This document shows positions 21,051 through 30,688 of a stretch of DNA of 64,000 nt, piece after piece (positions within the stretch are counted from its first letter, which is position 1; each line of letters opens with the position of its first letter). Under the pieces are notes generated by a model. That model ran no database searches and was not told the DNA's origin. It saw only the letters and a program-made list of their open reading frames with translations. Made by a program: the position numbers and the translations under genes. Source of the stretch: Candidatus Bathyarchaeota archaeon (GTDB lineage Archaea; Thermoproteota; Bathyarchaeia; Bathyarchaeales; Bathycorpusculaceae); assembly GCA_963739305.1 (NCBI GenBank), contig CAVTZU010000024.1, positions 1-64,000 on the forward strand, in the 5' to 3' direction.

Positions 21051-21887
21051 TTACAGGAAGCCCGTTAAGTCCTTCTGATTCCTGCCTCTGCCCAGCTGAA
21101 TCTCAACCGATTCGGCGAAATCGATAGCCATGCCGTCCGACGCAGCAACAGTCGGTACGCCCGTTTTGTCCTGCACTAGCTTTGCTTCTTTCTCGGGTCC
21201 TTGAATCAACATTCTCATGCCCAAATGCGTCAACACTGCACGTTCGGGTTTGGTTTCATCGAGTATCTTTATCGCGTCATCAGTCGACATATGACCTTTC
21301 CACGGTTTCCCAGATGGTCTCATGACGCACAACGCAAGAACACGAAGATCACGATAGTATTCGACTATATTTTCGAAGTATTCTGTGTCGCTCGTATACG
21401 CGAAGTCTCCGAAATCTGTCTGAAACCTGAAGCCTACTGCATCAGGGTCTGTGTGCCTCGCCTCTGTTGTCAGAACTTTGACTTCTCCGACTTCAAATTC
21501 GACCCTGGGTTCCACCTCAATCTTCTGTGCTACTATCTGTTGATGATATTTTGAAATTGATGCCTCGCAAACATCACTTCCTTCTAGCACGCTCTTTGGC
21601 GCAGCCAACAAACCTTGCTTGCGTGTCATGCCTCGCGTCATCGCTTCCACGAAGACCTCGGCGTCTGTGTAATGATCAGGGTGACAATGGGAAACTAACA
21701 AGGCACGAACACGCTGTGGGTCTAGTCCTTCTTCGATTGAGTGAACAAGTGCGCCAGGACCCGGGTCCAAATGCAGGTTCAAGTCTTCACCAATTATTCG
21801 GATTCCAGCCGTTCGCCGCCTCTGAGTTATCGTCACGAATCTTCCACCGCCAGTTCCTAGAAATACAATTCGAAATTTAGGGCTCAT
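21051..21887 (-). CDS. MBL-fold metallo-hydrolase
   Basis: FLGTGGGR, DPGPG, SHCHPDH, YTSDT, LTHLG. Confidence 0.9.
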   Translation of the reverse strand: MSPKFRIVFLGTGGGRFVTITQRRRTAGIRIIGEDLNLHLDPGPGALVHSIEEGLDPQRVRALLVSHCHPDHYTDAEVFVEAMTRGMTRKQGLLAAPKSVLEGSDVCEASISKYHQQIVAQKIEVEPRVEFEVGEVKVLTTEARHTDPDAVGFRFQTDFGDFAYTSDTEYFENIVEYYRDLRVLALCVMRPSGKPWKGHMSTDDAIKILDETKPERAVLTHLGMRMLIQGPEKEAKLVQDKTGVPTVAASDGMAIDFAESVEIQLGRGRNQKDLTGFL

Positions 21888-22005
21888 GTTGAATACTCTT
21901 GCAGTCCCGCGATTTTTGCCTTGCGCAAATCTCGATTCGAGGCATCAAAAACCGTTTTAACTCCACAGCAAAAGAATTAACCACGATGGGCAAGAAGACA
22001 GAACC

Positions 22006-22929
22006 ATGATTGCATCCGAGACAATCGTTTTGAAATGCGTTTCACCCTTCAACTTTGATTTGACAGTAAGTTTGTTTTCCAACGGCGACAGTCAGATCAA
22101 AAGGTTCGACGAAGGAAGATTCTGGCAAGTCATAAGAGTTGACAATCAACTGATGCTCGCAACACTGAAAAGTTCAGGGACGACTGGGCGACCAGAAATA
22201 TCAGGCGAGCTAAGTTCAAACCGCAAAATCTCGCAAGAAAGCAAAGAACGGATCAAGAAAGAGTTGAACGCGCTTTTCGACACGCAATTTGATCCAGAAC
22301 CCTTCTACAAACAGGCATCAAACGATGAAGTCTTGAAGAAAATTACGCGACAGTTAAAAGGTTTGAGAATTCCATCGACCCCAACTGTTTTTGAAGCTCT
22401 GATTGATTCTGTAGTTGAGCAGCAGATTTCGCTGGACGTCGCTCACACTCTCGAGACAAAGGTAGTAAGAACTTTCGGCGACAAGTTAAACCTTGACGGT
22501 GAAACCTACTATGCTTACCCAACGCCGAAGAACCTTGCGACAGCCACGCTTAAGAGACTTCGGAATTGCGGCTTGACCGTCAGGAAGTCCGAGTACATCA
22601 GAAACATCGCAAGACTTGTCCTCGCCAAAGAGCTTGATCTAGAGGTCCTCAAAGACAACGCCGACGTACCGAAGATAATTGAAAAACTTGACGCGGTAAG
22701 AGGCATCGGCGTGTGGACGGCGGAGCTAACGGTTGCGAGATCAATGCACAAGTACGACGTGATCCCTTATGACGATATAGGCCTCCGAAGAGTCATCTCA
22801 CACTACTATCGCAATGACAAAAGAATCACGGCGGAAGAAGCTTGCACAATCGCTGAAAAATGGGGAGAATGGAAAGGACTTGCAGGATTTTACCTGATAG
22901 TCGCAGAAACTATAGAACAAGCCAAATAA
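22006..22929 (+). CDS. alkA: DNA-3-methyladenine glycosylase II (AlkA/HhH-GPD)
   Basis: FEALIDSVVEQQIS, HhH motif LDAVRGIGVWTAE, PYDDIGL. Confidence 0.9.
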   Translation: MIASETIVLKCVSPFNFDLTVSLFSNGDSQIKRFDEGRFWQVIRVDNQLMLATLKSSGTTGRPEISGELSSNRKISQESKERIKKELNALFDTQFDPEPFYKQASNDEVLKKITRQLKGLRIPSTPTVFEALIDSVVEQQISLDVAHTLETKVVRTFGDKLNLDGETYYAYPTPKNLATATLKRLRNCGLTVRKSEYIRNIARLVLAKELDLEVLKDNADVPKIIEKLDAVRGIGVWTAELTVARSMHKYDVIPYDDIGLRRVISHYYRNDKRITAEEACTIAEKWGEWKGLAGFYLIVAETIEQAK

Positions 22930-23080
22930 CAAATCAGCCAGGACTTATCCCGAACCGATCGAAGCGTCCCATAGCCAAATAATCAATGTATGGACGCAGA
23001 ATCAAAATAAAACCTGCAAAGCGTGCGTTAACGTGAACTCATGAAGCTTATTAGTGAAACAATACCTATTCCCTTTTGTT

Positions 23081-23986
23081 ATGTCGTCAGCAGAAGTTGC
23101 GGTCAGAGTTTTCCGCGAACTCACAAACGAAGACTTTCGAGTCCTCCAAGCCATAGAAACAGGAATGAGCCAACATGAATTCGTCCCCAAAGAACAAATC
23201 GCAAGATTCACCAAGTTCGACCTAAACCGTGAAACCGACTTCAGACTCAGCCGAATCAACAAACTCGGATTAACATATCAGATACGAACGTCATACGTGG
23301 GCTTCACCCTGAACTACGCCGGATACGACTGTCTCGCAATCAACGCCCTCGTCAAAGCCGGGGTTCTAGAAGCCTTCGGCAAACCGCTAGGGGTCGGAAA
23401 GGAAGCAGACGTCTTCGGGGCTCTCAACCCAAGAGGCGAAATCATCGCGGTCAAATTCCACAGGCTGGGCAGAATCAGTTTCCGACAGACAGTCCGCAAG
23501 AGAGGCTACACGACCGAGCCAACCGCTCGCTGGCTCTATCAATCCCGAATTGCCGCCGAACGCGAGTTTCAAGCATTAAGCCTACTTTTCCCAAAAAAAG
23601 TCGCGGTCCCAGAACCTCTGAGTCAAAATCGACACGTCGTCGCAATGGGAATGATCGAAGGCGCAGAACTCGCCAACTGGAAGAAACTCACTCGACCCGA
23701 AAGAATACTCAGAGAAATACTGCGAAACGTGAGAAAAGCTTACCTAAAGGCCGGCGTCATCCACGCTGACCTAAGCGAATACAACATTATTCTCAAACCG
23801 AACAAACACATCCTGGTGATCGATTGGCCACAATACGTAACGAAACAGCATCCGAACGCTGAAGACCTATTGAAACGCGACGTTCAAAATGTTTTGCAGT
23901 ACTTTGAGAGAAAGCATATGCTGAAATTCGAAATCCAAGAAAGCCTACGATACGTTACAGGACAGACTGGAACGCTTACCGCGTAG
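23081..23986 (+). CDS. rio2: RIO2-type Ser/Thr kinase
   Basis: N-terminal wHTH, GVGKEADV, VKFHRLGRISFR, IHADLSEYNI, IDWPQ. Confidence 0.93.
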   Translation: MSSAEVAVRVFRELTNEDFRVLQAIETGMSQHEFVPKEQIARFTKFDLNRETDFRLSRINKLGLTYQIRTSYVGFTLNYAGYDCLAINALVKAGVLEAFGKPLGVGKEADVFGALNPRGEIIAVKFHRLGRISFRQTVRKRGYTTEPTARWLYQSRIAAEREFQALSLLFPKKVAVPEPLSQNRHVVAMGMIEGAELANWKKLTRPERILREILRNVRKAYLKAGVIHADLSEYNIILKPNKHILVIDWPQYVTKQHPNAEDLLKRDVQNVLQYFERKHMLKFEIQESLRYVTGQTGTLTA

Positions 23987-24215
23987 ACACGTCTAGCATG
24001 ATGTACAGTACGTTGTTGCCCCGCAACAAAACGTTTCCGTAATTCGTTATCAGCTGATCATCCTTGGATTCAGTTGCGCCTTCCAGGAGAATATTCATGT
24101 GGCCATCACACTTGATCATTTTGCCCTTATATTCACCGCCGTTCTTGAGAACAACCGCGATTCCCGCGTTCAACTGTTTTATCAGAACGTTAAGCGGTTT
24201 CTTGCTAGGTTCCAT
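23976..24215 (-). CDS. Sm-like (Lsm/SmAP) RNA-binding protein
   Basis: KPLNVL..VVLKNGGEYKGKMIKCDGHMNILL..LLRGNNVLYI. Confidence 0.92.
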   Translation of the reverse strand: MEPSKKPLNVLIKQLNAGIAVVLKNGGEYKGKMIKCDGHMNILLEGATESKDDQLITNYGNVLLRGNNVLYIMLDVSTR

Positions 24216-24397
24216 CTGAGCACCTTAGGTTTGAATATAATCACAGATTACCACAAGTCATCACATATAAAAGCCTTATGAAAAGCGGTTCTGTTACCTC
24301 TACGGTTGATTAAGCTTTTTCTTAGTCGTGTTACTTTTCGGTGGATAGATGTTCCTCTAAAAAATCGGTTGATAAACTGTTATTGTTAGTTTTGTTT

Positions 24398-24904
24398 CTA
24401 GTTGGTGATTTCGCTGGGTTCGCTGATTGCTTGAACGTTTTGAAAGAGAGGTCTTAATTCTGTTTCAATCCCATCTGCAAGATATTTGGAGTCTGTTTCT
24501 CTTACTTTTTCTCCTACGCACTTTCGGTACATTGCCATGACGATTAAGGCGATGGGACACGTTTCGTCCCTTGGTTTTAGCTCCTTATGAATACGCTTTG
24601 CCCATACACAGCCCTCAACCTTCAAGAGATACCTGTTTTGCCCAGTTTCCGTAAACTTCAAGTTCTTAACGATGCCATCATCAATAAGCATGCTAGAAAA
24701 AGACGCGACTGCCTCGTCGATCTTTTTAAGCTCAAACATCTTCATCCTACTTTCCCTACCGATTCTTGCTAGGCTTTCAAGCATTGGCTGAACAAACGAT
24801 TCAGTTCCCGACCCTAGAACGTCCTTAATCGCCTTCTGCTGGGCAAAAAGAAGACAATGAAACAGTGTACCGACCCTTACTTCTGCCGAAACCTTGGCTT
24901 TCAT
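24398..24904 (-). CDS. V4R-like ligand-binding domain protein
   Basis: LKVEGCVWAKRIH...TCPIALIVMA Cys/His pattern. Confidence 0.55.
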   Translation of the reverse strand: MKAKVSAEVRVGTLFHCLLFAQQKAIKDVLGSGTESFVQPMLESLARIGRESRMKMFELKKIDEAVASFSSMLIDDGIVKNLKFTETGQNRYLLKVEGCVWAKRIHKELKPRDETCPIALIVMAMYRKCVGEKVRETDSKYLADGIETELRPLFQNVQAISEPSEITN

Positions 24905-25122
24905 CTATGGTGAACCTGAACATAATGATGAGTTTGATATTCTAAAAACATTGTGAATTTTGGCTCCACAAAATCCTTGGCAAAAACGAGCTCATATGAG
25001 CCCACAGACAGTTTTGGCAACTTGTTAAACGAGCCCCCAGACGATTTTTCTTTTAGGTGTAAACTTGCCATATCAAAGAAAATATACGAAATATCAGAAA
25101 TGTCAGGAAAGACCCTCAACAC
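24901..25122 (-). CDS. Small hypothetical protein coupled to the V4R-like gene
   Basis: ATGA overlap with the downstream gene; no recognisable motif. Confidence 0.3.
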   Translation of the reverse strand: MLRVFPDISDISYIFFDMASLHLKEKSSGGSFNKLPKLSVGSYELVFAKDFVEPKFTMFLEYQTHHYVQVHHR

Positions 25123-25274
25123 TTTTTCCGCAAATTTCTAGTCAAACCATCCGACGTTTGGAAACACGATAGACAATCCGATGGAGAGGTAACAGAACCT
25201 GAAAGCAGGCTCACGATTCGCTGATACGCAAATCAAAAATAACTATCACTCACACTCTTTGTTCAGGGAAATTT

Positions 25275-25523
25275 ACGAAGTATGAGATAAAGTTCAGACC
25301 GTTATATTCGATGCTGGTGGTAAATTTGGAACGAGGCGAGCACATGGTAGCTGAAGCGGGAGCCATGACCTACATGGACCCAAGCATCGAGGTTCACACG
25401 GCAAAAAAGAGAGCAGAGTCTTCTGGGCACTTTGATTTGTTCCTGATCAGGACAGAATTGAAAAAAGCGATGCCTGAACACAAGAATCTTAAGCAACCAT
25501 CGGCAGGAAAAGACTTGAAATGA
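25275..25523 (+). pseudogene. Truncated TIGR00266/AIM24-family gene
   Basis: (ACG)KYEIKFRPLYSMLVVNLERGEHMVAEAGAMTYMD is the AIM24 N-terminus; similarity is lost after about 50 codons. Confidence 0.7.
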
Positions 25524-26458
25524 AAATCGTCGTTGTAGACCACGTATATCTCGAAGCAAAACACGTTAAGAAACTTCGCTCACTTGGAAACCTCAGAGTC
25601 TTCAAAGAGCCACCAAGAGATACGGAGGAATTGAAGAACCGAATAAGAGAGGCAGACATAGTAATAGTTGGCTGGAGCAACTTGACAAGAGACGTCATAC
25701 ACTTCGCCAAGAAACTGAAAATGATTTCAATATGGGCAACAACCTGTCACTACGCTGACCTCGAAGCTGCAAAGGAAAGAGGAGTCACAGTGACCCATGT
25801 CCCAGGCTATGCCACAGAGTCTGTTGCTGAGTTCACGTTTGCTTTGATGCTGGCAACAATGAGAAAACTCATGCTTGCCGACAAGCATGTTAGAAGTGGC
25901 AAATTTGATTGGAGGCCGTTCGGAGGAAGAGAGTTAGCTGGGAAGACTCTTGGAATCGTGGGCACTGGGGCAATCGGGTTTCGAGTAGCAGAAATTGCCC
26001 GAGCCTTCAAGATGCAACTTTTGGGATATGATAAATACCCGAACCCAGTGAGGGCTGAAGAAGTCAAATTGAAGTACGTGGATCTCGAAACTTTGCTGAA
26101 GGAGAGCGACATAATCACAAATCATGTGACTCTCACATCTCAGACTGAGATGCTGATCGGGAAGAAAGAAATCGCTACAATGAAGGATGGCGTGGTCATA
26201 GTGAACACCTCACAGGGCAAAGTGATAGACGAGAAAGCGTTGGCTGAAGCTCTAAGAACAGGGAAAATAGCAGGTGCAGGCTTAGATGTCTTAGAAGAAG
26301 AACCCCCGCGGAAAGACAACCCCTTGTTCAAACTTCAAAACATCGTCCTCTCACCTCACATCGGCTTCAACACCACTGAAGCAGAGACGAGATGTTCCGA
26401 CATCTGCGTCGACAACGTCGTGACCTTCGTGGAGGGAAGAAGACAGAACGTTTGTTAG
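25520..26458 (+). CDS. D-2-hydroxyacid dehydrogenase (NAD-binding)
   Basis: VPGYATESVAE, GIVGTGAIG, GAGLDV, SPHIG. Confidence 0.92.
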   Translation: MKIVVVDHVYLEAKHVKKLRSLGNLRVFKEPPRDTEELKNRIREADIVIVGWSNLTRDVIHFAKKLKMISIWATTCHYADLEAAKERGVTVTHVPGYATESVAEFTFALMLATMRKLMLADKHVRSGKFDWRPFGGRELAGKTLGIVGTGAIGFRVAEIARAFKMQLLGYDKYPNPVRAEEVKLKYVDLETLLKESDIITNHVTLTSQTEMLIGKKEIATMKDGVVIVNTSQGKVIDEKALAEALRTGKIAGAGLDVLEEEPPRKDNPLFKLQNIVLSPHIGFNTTEAETRCSDICVDNVVTFVEGRRQNVC

Positions 26459-26475
26459 GGAAAAGGTGAAGATAG

Positions 26476-27684
26476 TTGTACCTCACTAACGAAGAAGAAA
26501 GAATACTCAAAGGGGAATCAGGCGTCGGAACTCAGAAGGCGCTTGAGTTGCTAGTGGCGATAGGAGACGCGTACGACGCTGAAAAGATGGTTCCAATCAC
26601 GCGAGCTCACGCGGCAGCGAGCGGTCAGGAGGGTGATCTATACTTTGTTGAGCTGCTGGCGGAAGGCGGAGCAAAGTGCAAAGTGCCTACGAGCACTAAC
26701 CCAGTCTATGACATCGAATACTTCCACGACTCGTTCTCTAACATACCTGCAGATGAAGCTGAAGTAGCGAGAAGAGTAATGGAAGGCTACAAACGTCTTG
26801 GCGCGGTATTGAGCTGGAGCTGCGTACCTTACCTGAATGACAACATTCCCTTGTATGGGGAGATCGTGGCGTTTTCTGAGTCCAGTGCCACACCTTATGT
26901 TAACTCAGTCATTGGTGCAATGACGAATCGAGAGGCAGCACAGAGTGCACTTGCCGCAGGGGTGATAGGGAAGACACCCGAGTACGGACTCCTGTTCAAG
27001 GAAAACAGGAAAGCCACCCACCTTGTCGAGGTGAAGACGCCTTTAAAGGATGAGTTTGATTACTCGCTTCTCGGTTATTGCGTGGGAAAAGTTATCGGCT
27101 ACGGAATCCCCGTGCTGACAGGGATATCCAAGCGCCCGAATACAGAGGAATTCATCAATTTCTGCGCCATGTCCAATACTTCTGGCGCGGTGTCAATGTT
27201 CTACATTCCAGGATTCACGGTTGAAGCGTCAACTGTGAAGGAGGCTTTTCAGGGTGACGTTCCGAAAGACAAGACAACCATCACCGATAAGGATCTCAGA
27301 AAAGCCAATGAGGAGCTGCAAACTTTCAGCGGAGAGATTGACTTCGTCCAGCTGGGATGTCCGCACTATACGCTTCAGCAAGTAGCTAAAGTCGCCAGGC
27401 TGTTGGACGGCAAGAGGATACGTGATGGCGTTGCGTTTTGGGTGTGTACTTCAGCTACAACAAAGACATTAGCAGAAAAAATGGGCCTCACGAAAACCAT
27501 TGAACGAGCAGGTGCACGTTTAGTCGTGGACACTTGCATAGACGAACCATGCTGGATATCGTATAAGCAGAAGGTGGGAATGACGGATTCTCCGAAATGC
27601 GCGTATTACAGACGGTTCAAAGAGGTTGTCGTTGGAAGACTCGAAGACTGCGTCGATGCTGCGGTTAAAGGCAAATGGAGATGA
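26476..27684 (+). CDS. Aconitase X large (catalytic) subunit
   Basis: MYLTNEEERILKGE, TSTNP, SCVPY, SESSA..NSVIGA.TNRE, GCPH, DTC. Confidence 0.9.
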   Translation: MYLTNEEERILKGESGVGTQKALELLVAIGDAYDAEKMVPITRAHAAASGQEGDLYFVELLAEGGAKCKVPTSTNPVYDIEYFHDSFSNIPADEAEVARRVMEGYKRLGAVLSWSCVPYLNDNIPLYGEIVAFSESSATPYVNSVIGAMTNREAAQSALAAGVIGKTPEYGLLFKENRKATHLVEVKTPLKDEFDYSLLGYCVGKVIGYGIPVLTGISKRPNTEEFINFCAMSNTSGAVSMFYIPGFTVEASTVKEAFQGDVPKDKTTITDKDLRKANEELQTFSGEIDFVQLGCPHYTLQQVAKVARLLDGKRIRDGVAFWVCTSATTKTLAEKMGLTKTIERAGARLVVDTCIDEPCWISYKQKVGMTDSPKCAYYRRFKEVVVGRLEDCVDAAVKGKWR

Positions 27685-28106
27685 CGATCGTGGAAACCTC
27701 GTTGAAATGTCACAAGATAATAGGTGGGCGCGGTGAAGGGGAAGCGTTGGTGTCTCATGAGCCGATCTGTTTCTACCTCACGGATCCTAAGACTGGTTTG
27801 ATCAGGGAAAGAAGCCATGAGCTTGCTGGAAAGAGTGTTGCGAACAAAGTACTCGTATTTCCTTCGGGGAAGGCGAGCTCGGTTGTTCAGATAGATGGGT
27901 TGTTCAAGCTCGCCCAGAATAATCTTGCTCCAAAAGCAATGATCGTAAAGGAGGTGGAGACTGTTCTGGTAGTGAGCGCGTTTATCGCAAAGGTTCCGCT
28001 GGTGGACAGACTAGAAGTAGATCCTTTTGACGCAATTCGGACGGGCGACTTTGTCAAAGTGGACGCTGACAAGGGTATCGTTGTCACGACGAGAAGAAAT
28101 ATTTAG
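27681..28106 (+). CDS. Aconitase X small (swiveling, DUF126) subunit
   Basis: GEGEALVS, DPKTG, HELAGKSV..KVLVFPSGKASS, GDFVKVDADKG. Confidence 0.9.
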   Translation: MTIVETSLKCHKIIGGRGEGEALVSHEPICFYLTDPKTGLIRERSHELAGKSVANKVLVFPSGKASSVVQIDGLFKLAQNNLAPKAMIVKEVETVLVVSAFIAKVPLVDRLEVDPFDAIRTGDFVKVDADKGIVVTTRRNI

Positions 28107-28300
28107 GTGTTCAACGAGTTTTTCTGCGGTCTAGAACGGTTCAACCAAGTAACCATGTTTTCAAAGGAGGATCCCATTTCTCAGACTGTTGATGAGATCA
28201 TAAGAAACTCCTTTCAGCTGCAATGGAGCGGTGACGATTGCGCTAATTGGGTCGTCTGTTGAAAAAAGTTGCTCTACTCTCCCCAGATTTCGTGGATATT

Positions 28301-28462
28301 TGGTCGGGCGGGCAGGATTTGAACCTGCGACAGTCCGGTTTCTGCGTGTTAGCCTGGTAGGCTGGGTGACATCTACTTTCAGTAGGCGTCTACAGCGTCT
28401 CCGTCAGCCAACTTCGTATTTTGAGCTGACTCGGAAGCTCTGCCAGGCTGAGCTACCGCCCG
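28301..28462 (-). tRNA. tRNA-Tyr(GTA) with two introns: 35 nt at 30/31 (28397-28431) and 50 nt at 37/38 (28340-28389)
   Basis: C1:G72 and A73 (archaeal Tyr identity), encoded CCA; splicing both introns restores TCCGG-CTGTAGA-CCGGA. Confidence 0.92.
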
Positions 28463-28622
28463 TTGCCCGATCGAGCTTCTAGAATGGGTGAAATGGATTT
28501 ATGTGTTTTGTTGAGTGGTTTGGATATAGAAGATTTTTCCATAAGCATTTATTTATGTTGAACGCTGTTAGACATATGGATATCTAAGGAAAGGAGAAGG
28601 TTTCAGAATAGGAGGTGAACGT

Positions 28623-28865
28623 GTGGAGTTTTCGATCAATGTGAAGCAAGGAATTGCCATAGTGTGGACATTTATTGCGGTAATCATATCGCTCATAATT
28701 ACGATCTCAATCGGGTGGCCGACTTCATCTACTTTTGGCATGATTTTCCCAGCGGCATGGGAATGGTTGGTTGTTCTGTTCTTTGGACTATTCTTGGTTC
28801 TGACCATCCCTGTCTACTTGCTGATAGCTCTGTGGCACATAGTGTCCAAGTGGGACGCAACGTAG
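28623..28865 (+). CDS. Small two-TM membrane protein
   Basis: SD GGAGGTGA before GTG; two hydrophobic segments. Confidence 0.7.
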   Translation: MEFSINVKQGIAIVWTFIAVIISLIITISIGWPTSSTFGMIFPAAWEWLVVLFFGLFLVLTIPVYLLIALWHIVSKWDAT

Positions 28866-29059
28866 CTTCGGGAAAACTTCAACGTTTGAACCTCCGTAGG
28901 GCATCTGCGAGCCTCGCAGTGTCCTCAGCAAGTGACCAGTTAGATTCTTCCTCAATTCTACATCATAGCACATAATTTAGATTAGGAAATCCCGGGGCAG
29001 TAGTTTTTTGAGAAATTCGATACGGTTCGTGGTCAGCCCTTTTTGGCGCCGCAGAGTTT

Positions 29060-30480
29060 TCATATGTGCGGGTGCGCTATCACTGTATACGCAGGACGTG
29101 GCCGACGTCTGCGTATCCTGTCCAGAGCAAAGATGAGGAATAACAAGATTACACCTGCTATTCCAGCGATAAGGACTATCGCAAAGAAAAACAGCCACTC
29201 GCTTGGCAGTGAGGGCGACCTGGACAATATCGTCACTGTTCCGTCCACGAAGGTGTTGTCTGATGGGTTCACATCGCTGGGAAGCGGAGCCGAGGCGGTT
29301 ATCCTGTATGAACCTGGGTTGACAGAGTCCGTTATCCATACGAAAGAAACCGTTTCGTTTGCAGACGGCGCGAGCCCAGTAACCTGTTGAGTCCCAACAA
29401 GAGCCTCATCATAAAAGACGCTCACGTTGAAAGTCTCAGCATGACTGCCTTTGTTCAGCAAATCCACATCAATGCCAACCGTGTCTCCCGCAAATACCGA
29501 AGTCCTCGATAACGTTACGCCAGTTATTGCGATGTCTGTTTCGCCGATGGTGAAACTGTGAAAACGGCGGGACTATAAAGTCTGCCTCCCATTTCAGGAG
29601 GTGCAGTGAACGGAGCAGCCGAGACATTGGCCAAGCCAACGTCCGCAGAAATCGGTATCTGAGATGAAGTTTGCACGCTGCTCTTTCCAGGTGGGAAAAT
29701 CATGTTTTCCATTTCTATGTGGATTATCGGGTTCTTTCCGGAATCTTCAACGTCAACCTTGATTGTTGCTGATTTGTTGGTTCGTGCGATGTTCTCTACG
29801 GTCATGTTGAACACGACTAAGTCCTGTCTGGCGAATGCCGTTTGAATTTTCGAGTGGAAGTCAAGAGTTGACAGGTCAATTATTCTGATGATCCAACCAA
29901 CTTGAAAAGTCAGTGTATCAACCACTACTTTTCCTGCGATGTCGACGGTTGCGATGGCGGACCATTTGCCGAAGATGATTTCTTCAGCATTCACGTTGGG
30001 CCATGGAATCCTGAATGAAAAGGTCCCAACTCCGCTATCGTTAGTAGTTGCTGATCCCACGATCGACACGTTTTCAAATGCGTTAGGTGGACCATTCACT
30101 TCAAAAGCAACTGGCATATTTCGCTCAGGTCCTCCGTTGTATGTTGCAAGCGCGGACAGATTGACTAAGTCTTGAGGCTCATAGGTGTCGCTCGATTGGT
30201 TTGCTCCTATTCCGTTGAATGGCGCCTGGTCCGTGAAAAGATCTATGACAGCTCCTGTCTGAGCGTTTACAAAGTGATGGTCAAAATAGGGAAGTGAAGA
30301 AAGCAAGAGGAAGGCGACCAATATCAAAGCTAAGGTAACTGCACGATTTGACTTCTCCTTCTCCTTTCTCTCCAACGTTTTCGCTTCTCCTTTGTCAAAG
30401 AACAGCCCGTTAAGGCCGATCCCCTCGGCAGATCCAAACTCTATCGCATGTGGTCTAGTAGGAACCTTTCGTATTCCCAT
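29060..30480 (-). CDS. Membrane-anchored surface protein with Ig-like/CARDB domains, frameshift near 29530
   Basis: Signal-like segment, beta-rich domains, CARDB-like ETFNVSVFYD..VSFVW..PGSYRITA, C-terminal TM plus RRRR. True start is probably downstream of 30480. Confidence 0.7.
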
Positions 30481-30688
30481 TGAAGAGGTGACTCTGCGAC
30501 CTATTTAGACGATTATAGAAGATTCCTCTAGGATGCCAGTATCGATTCATTGTGGTCATTCAGTTCTAGGTAAAGTGGATAAAAAACATGCACTTCATCC
30601 GCGGAATATATCAAGAAAGACAATACCGTGCAAAAACCTGACTTGACAACTATGTTGTTGTTCTTCGCGGCCCCTTACAAGTTCAATG

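Noticed and set aside
28231-28482. 83-aa ORF on the + strand
   Set aside because: Antisense to the two-intron tRNA-Tyr.
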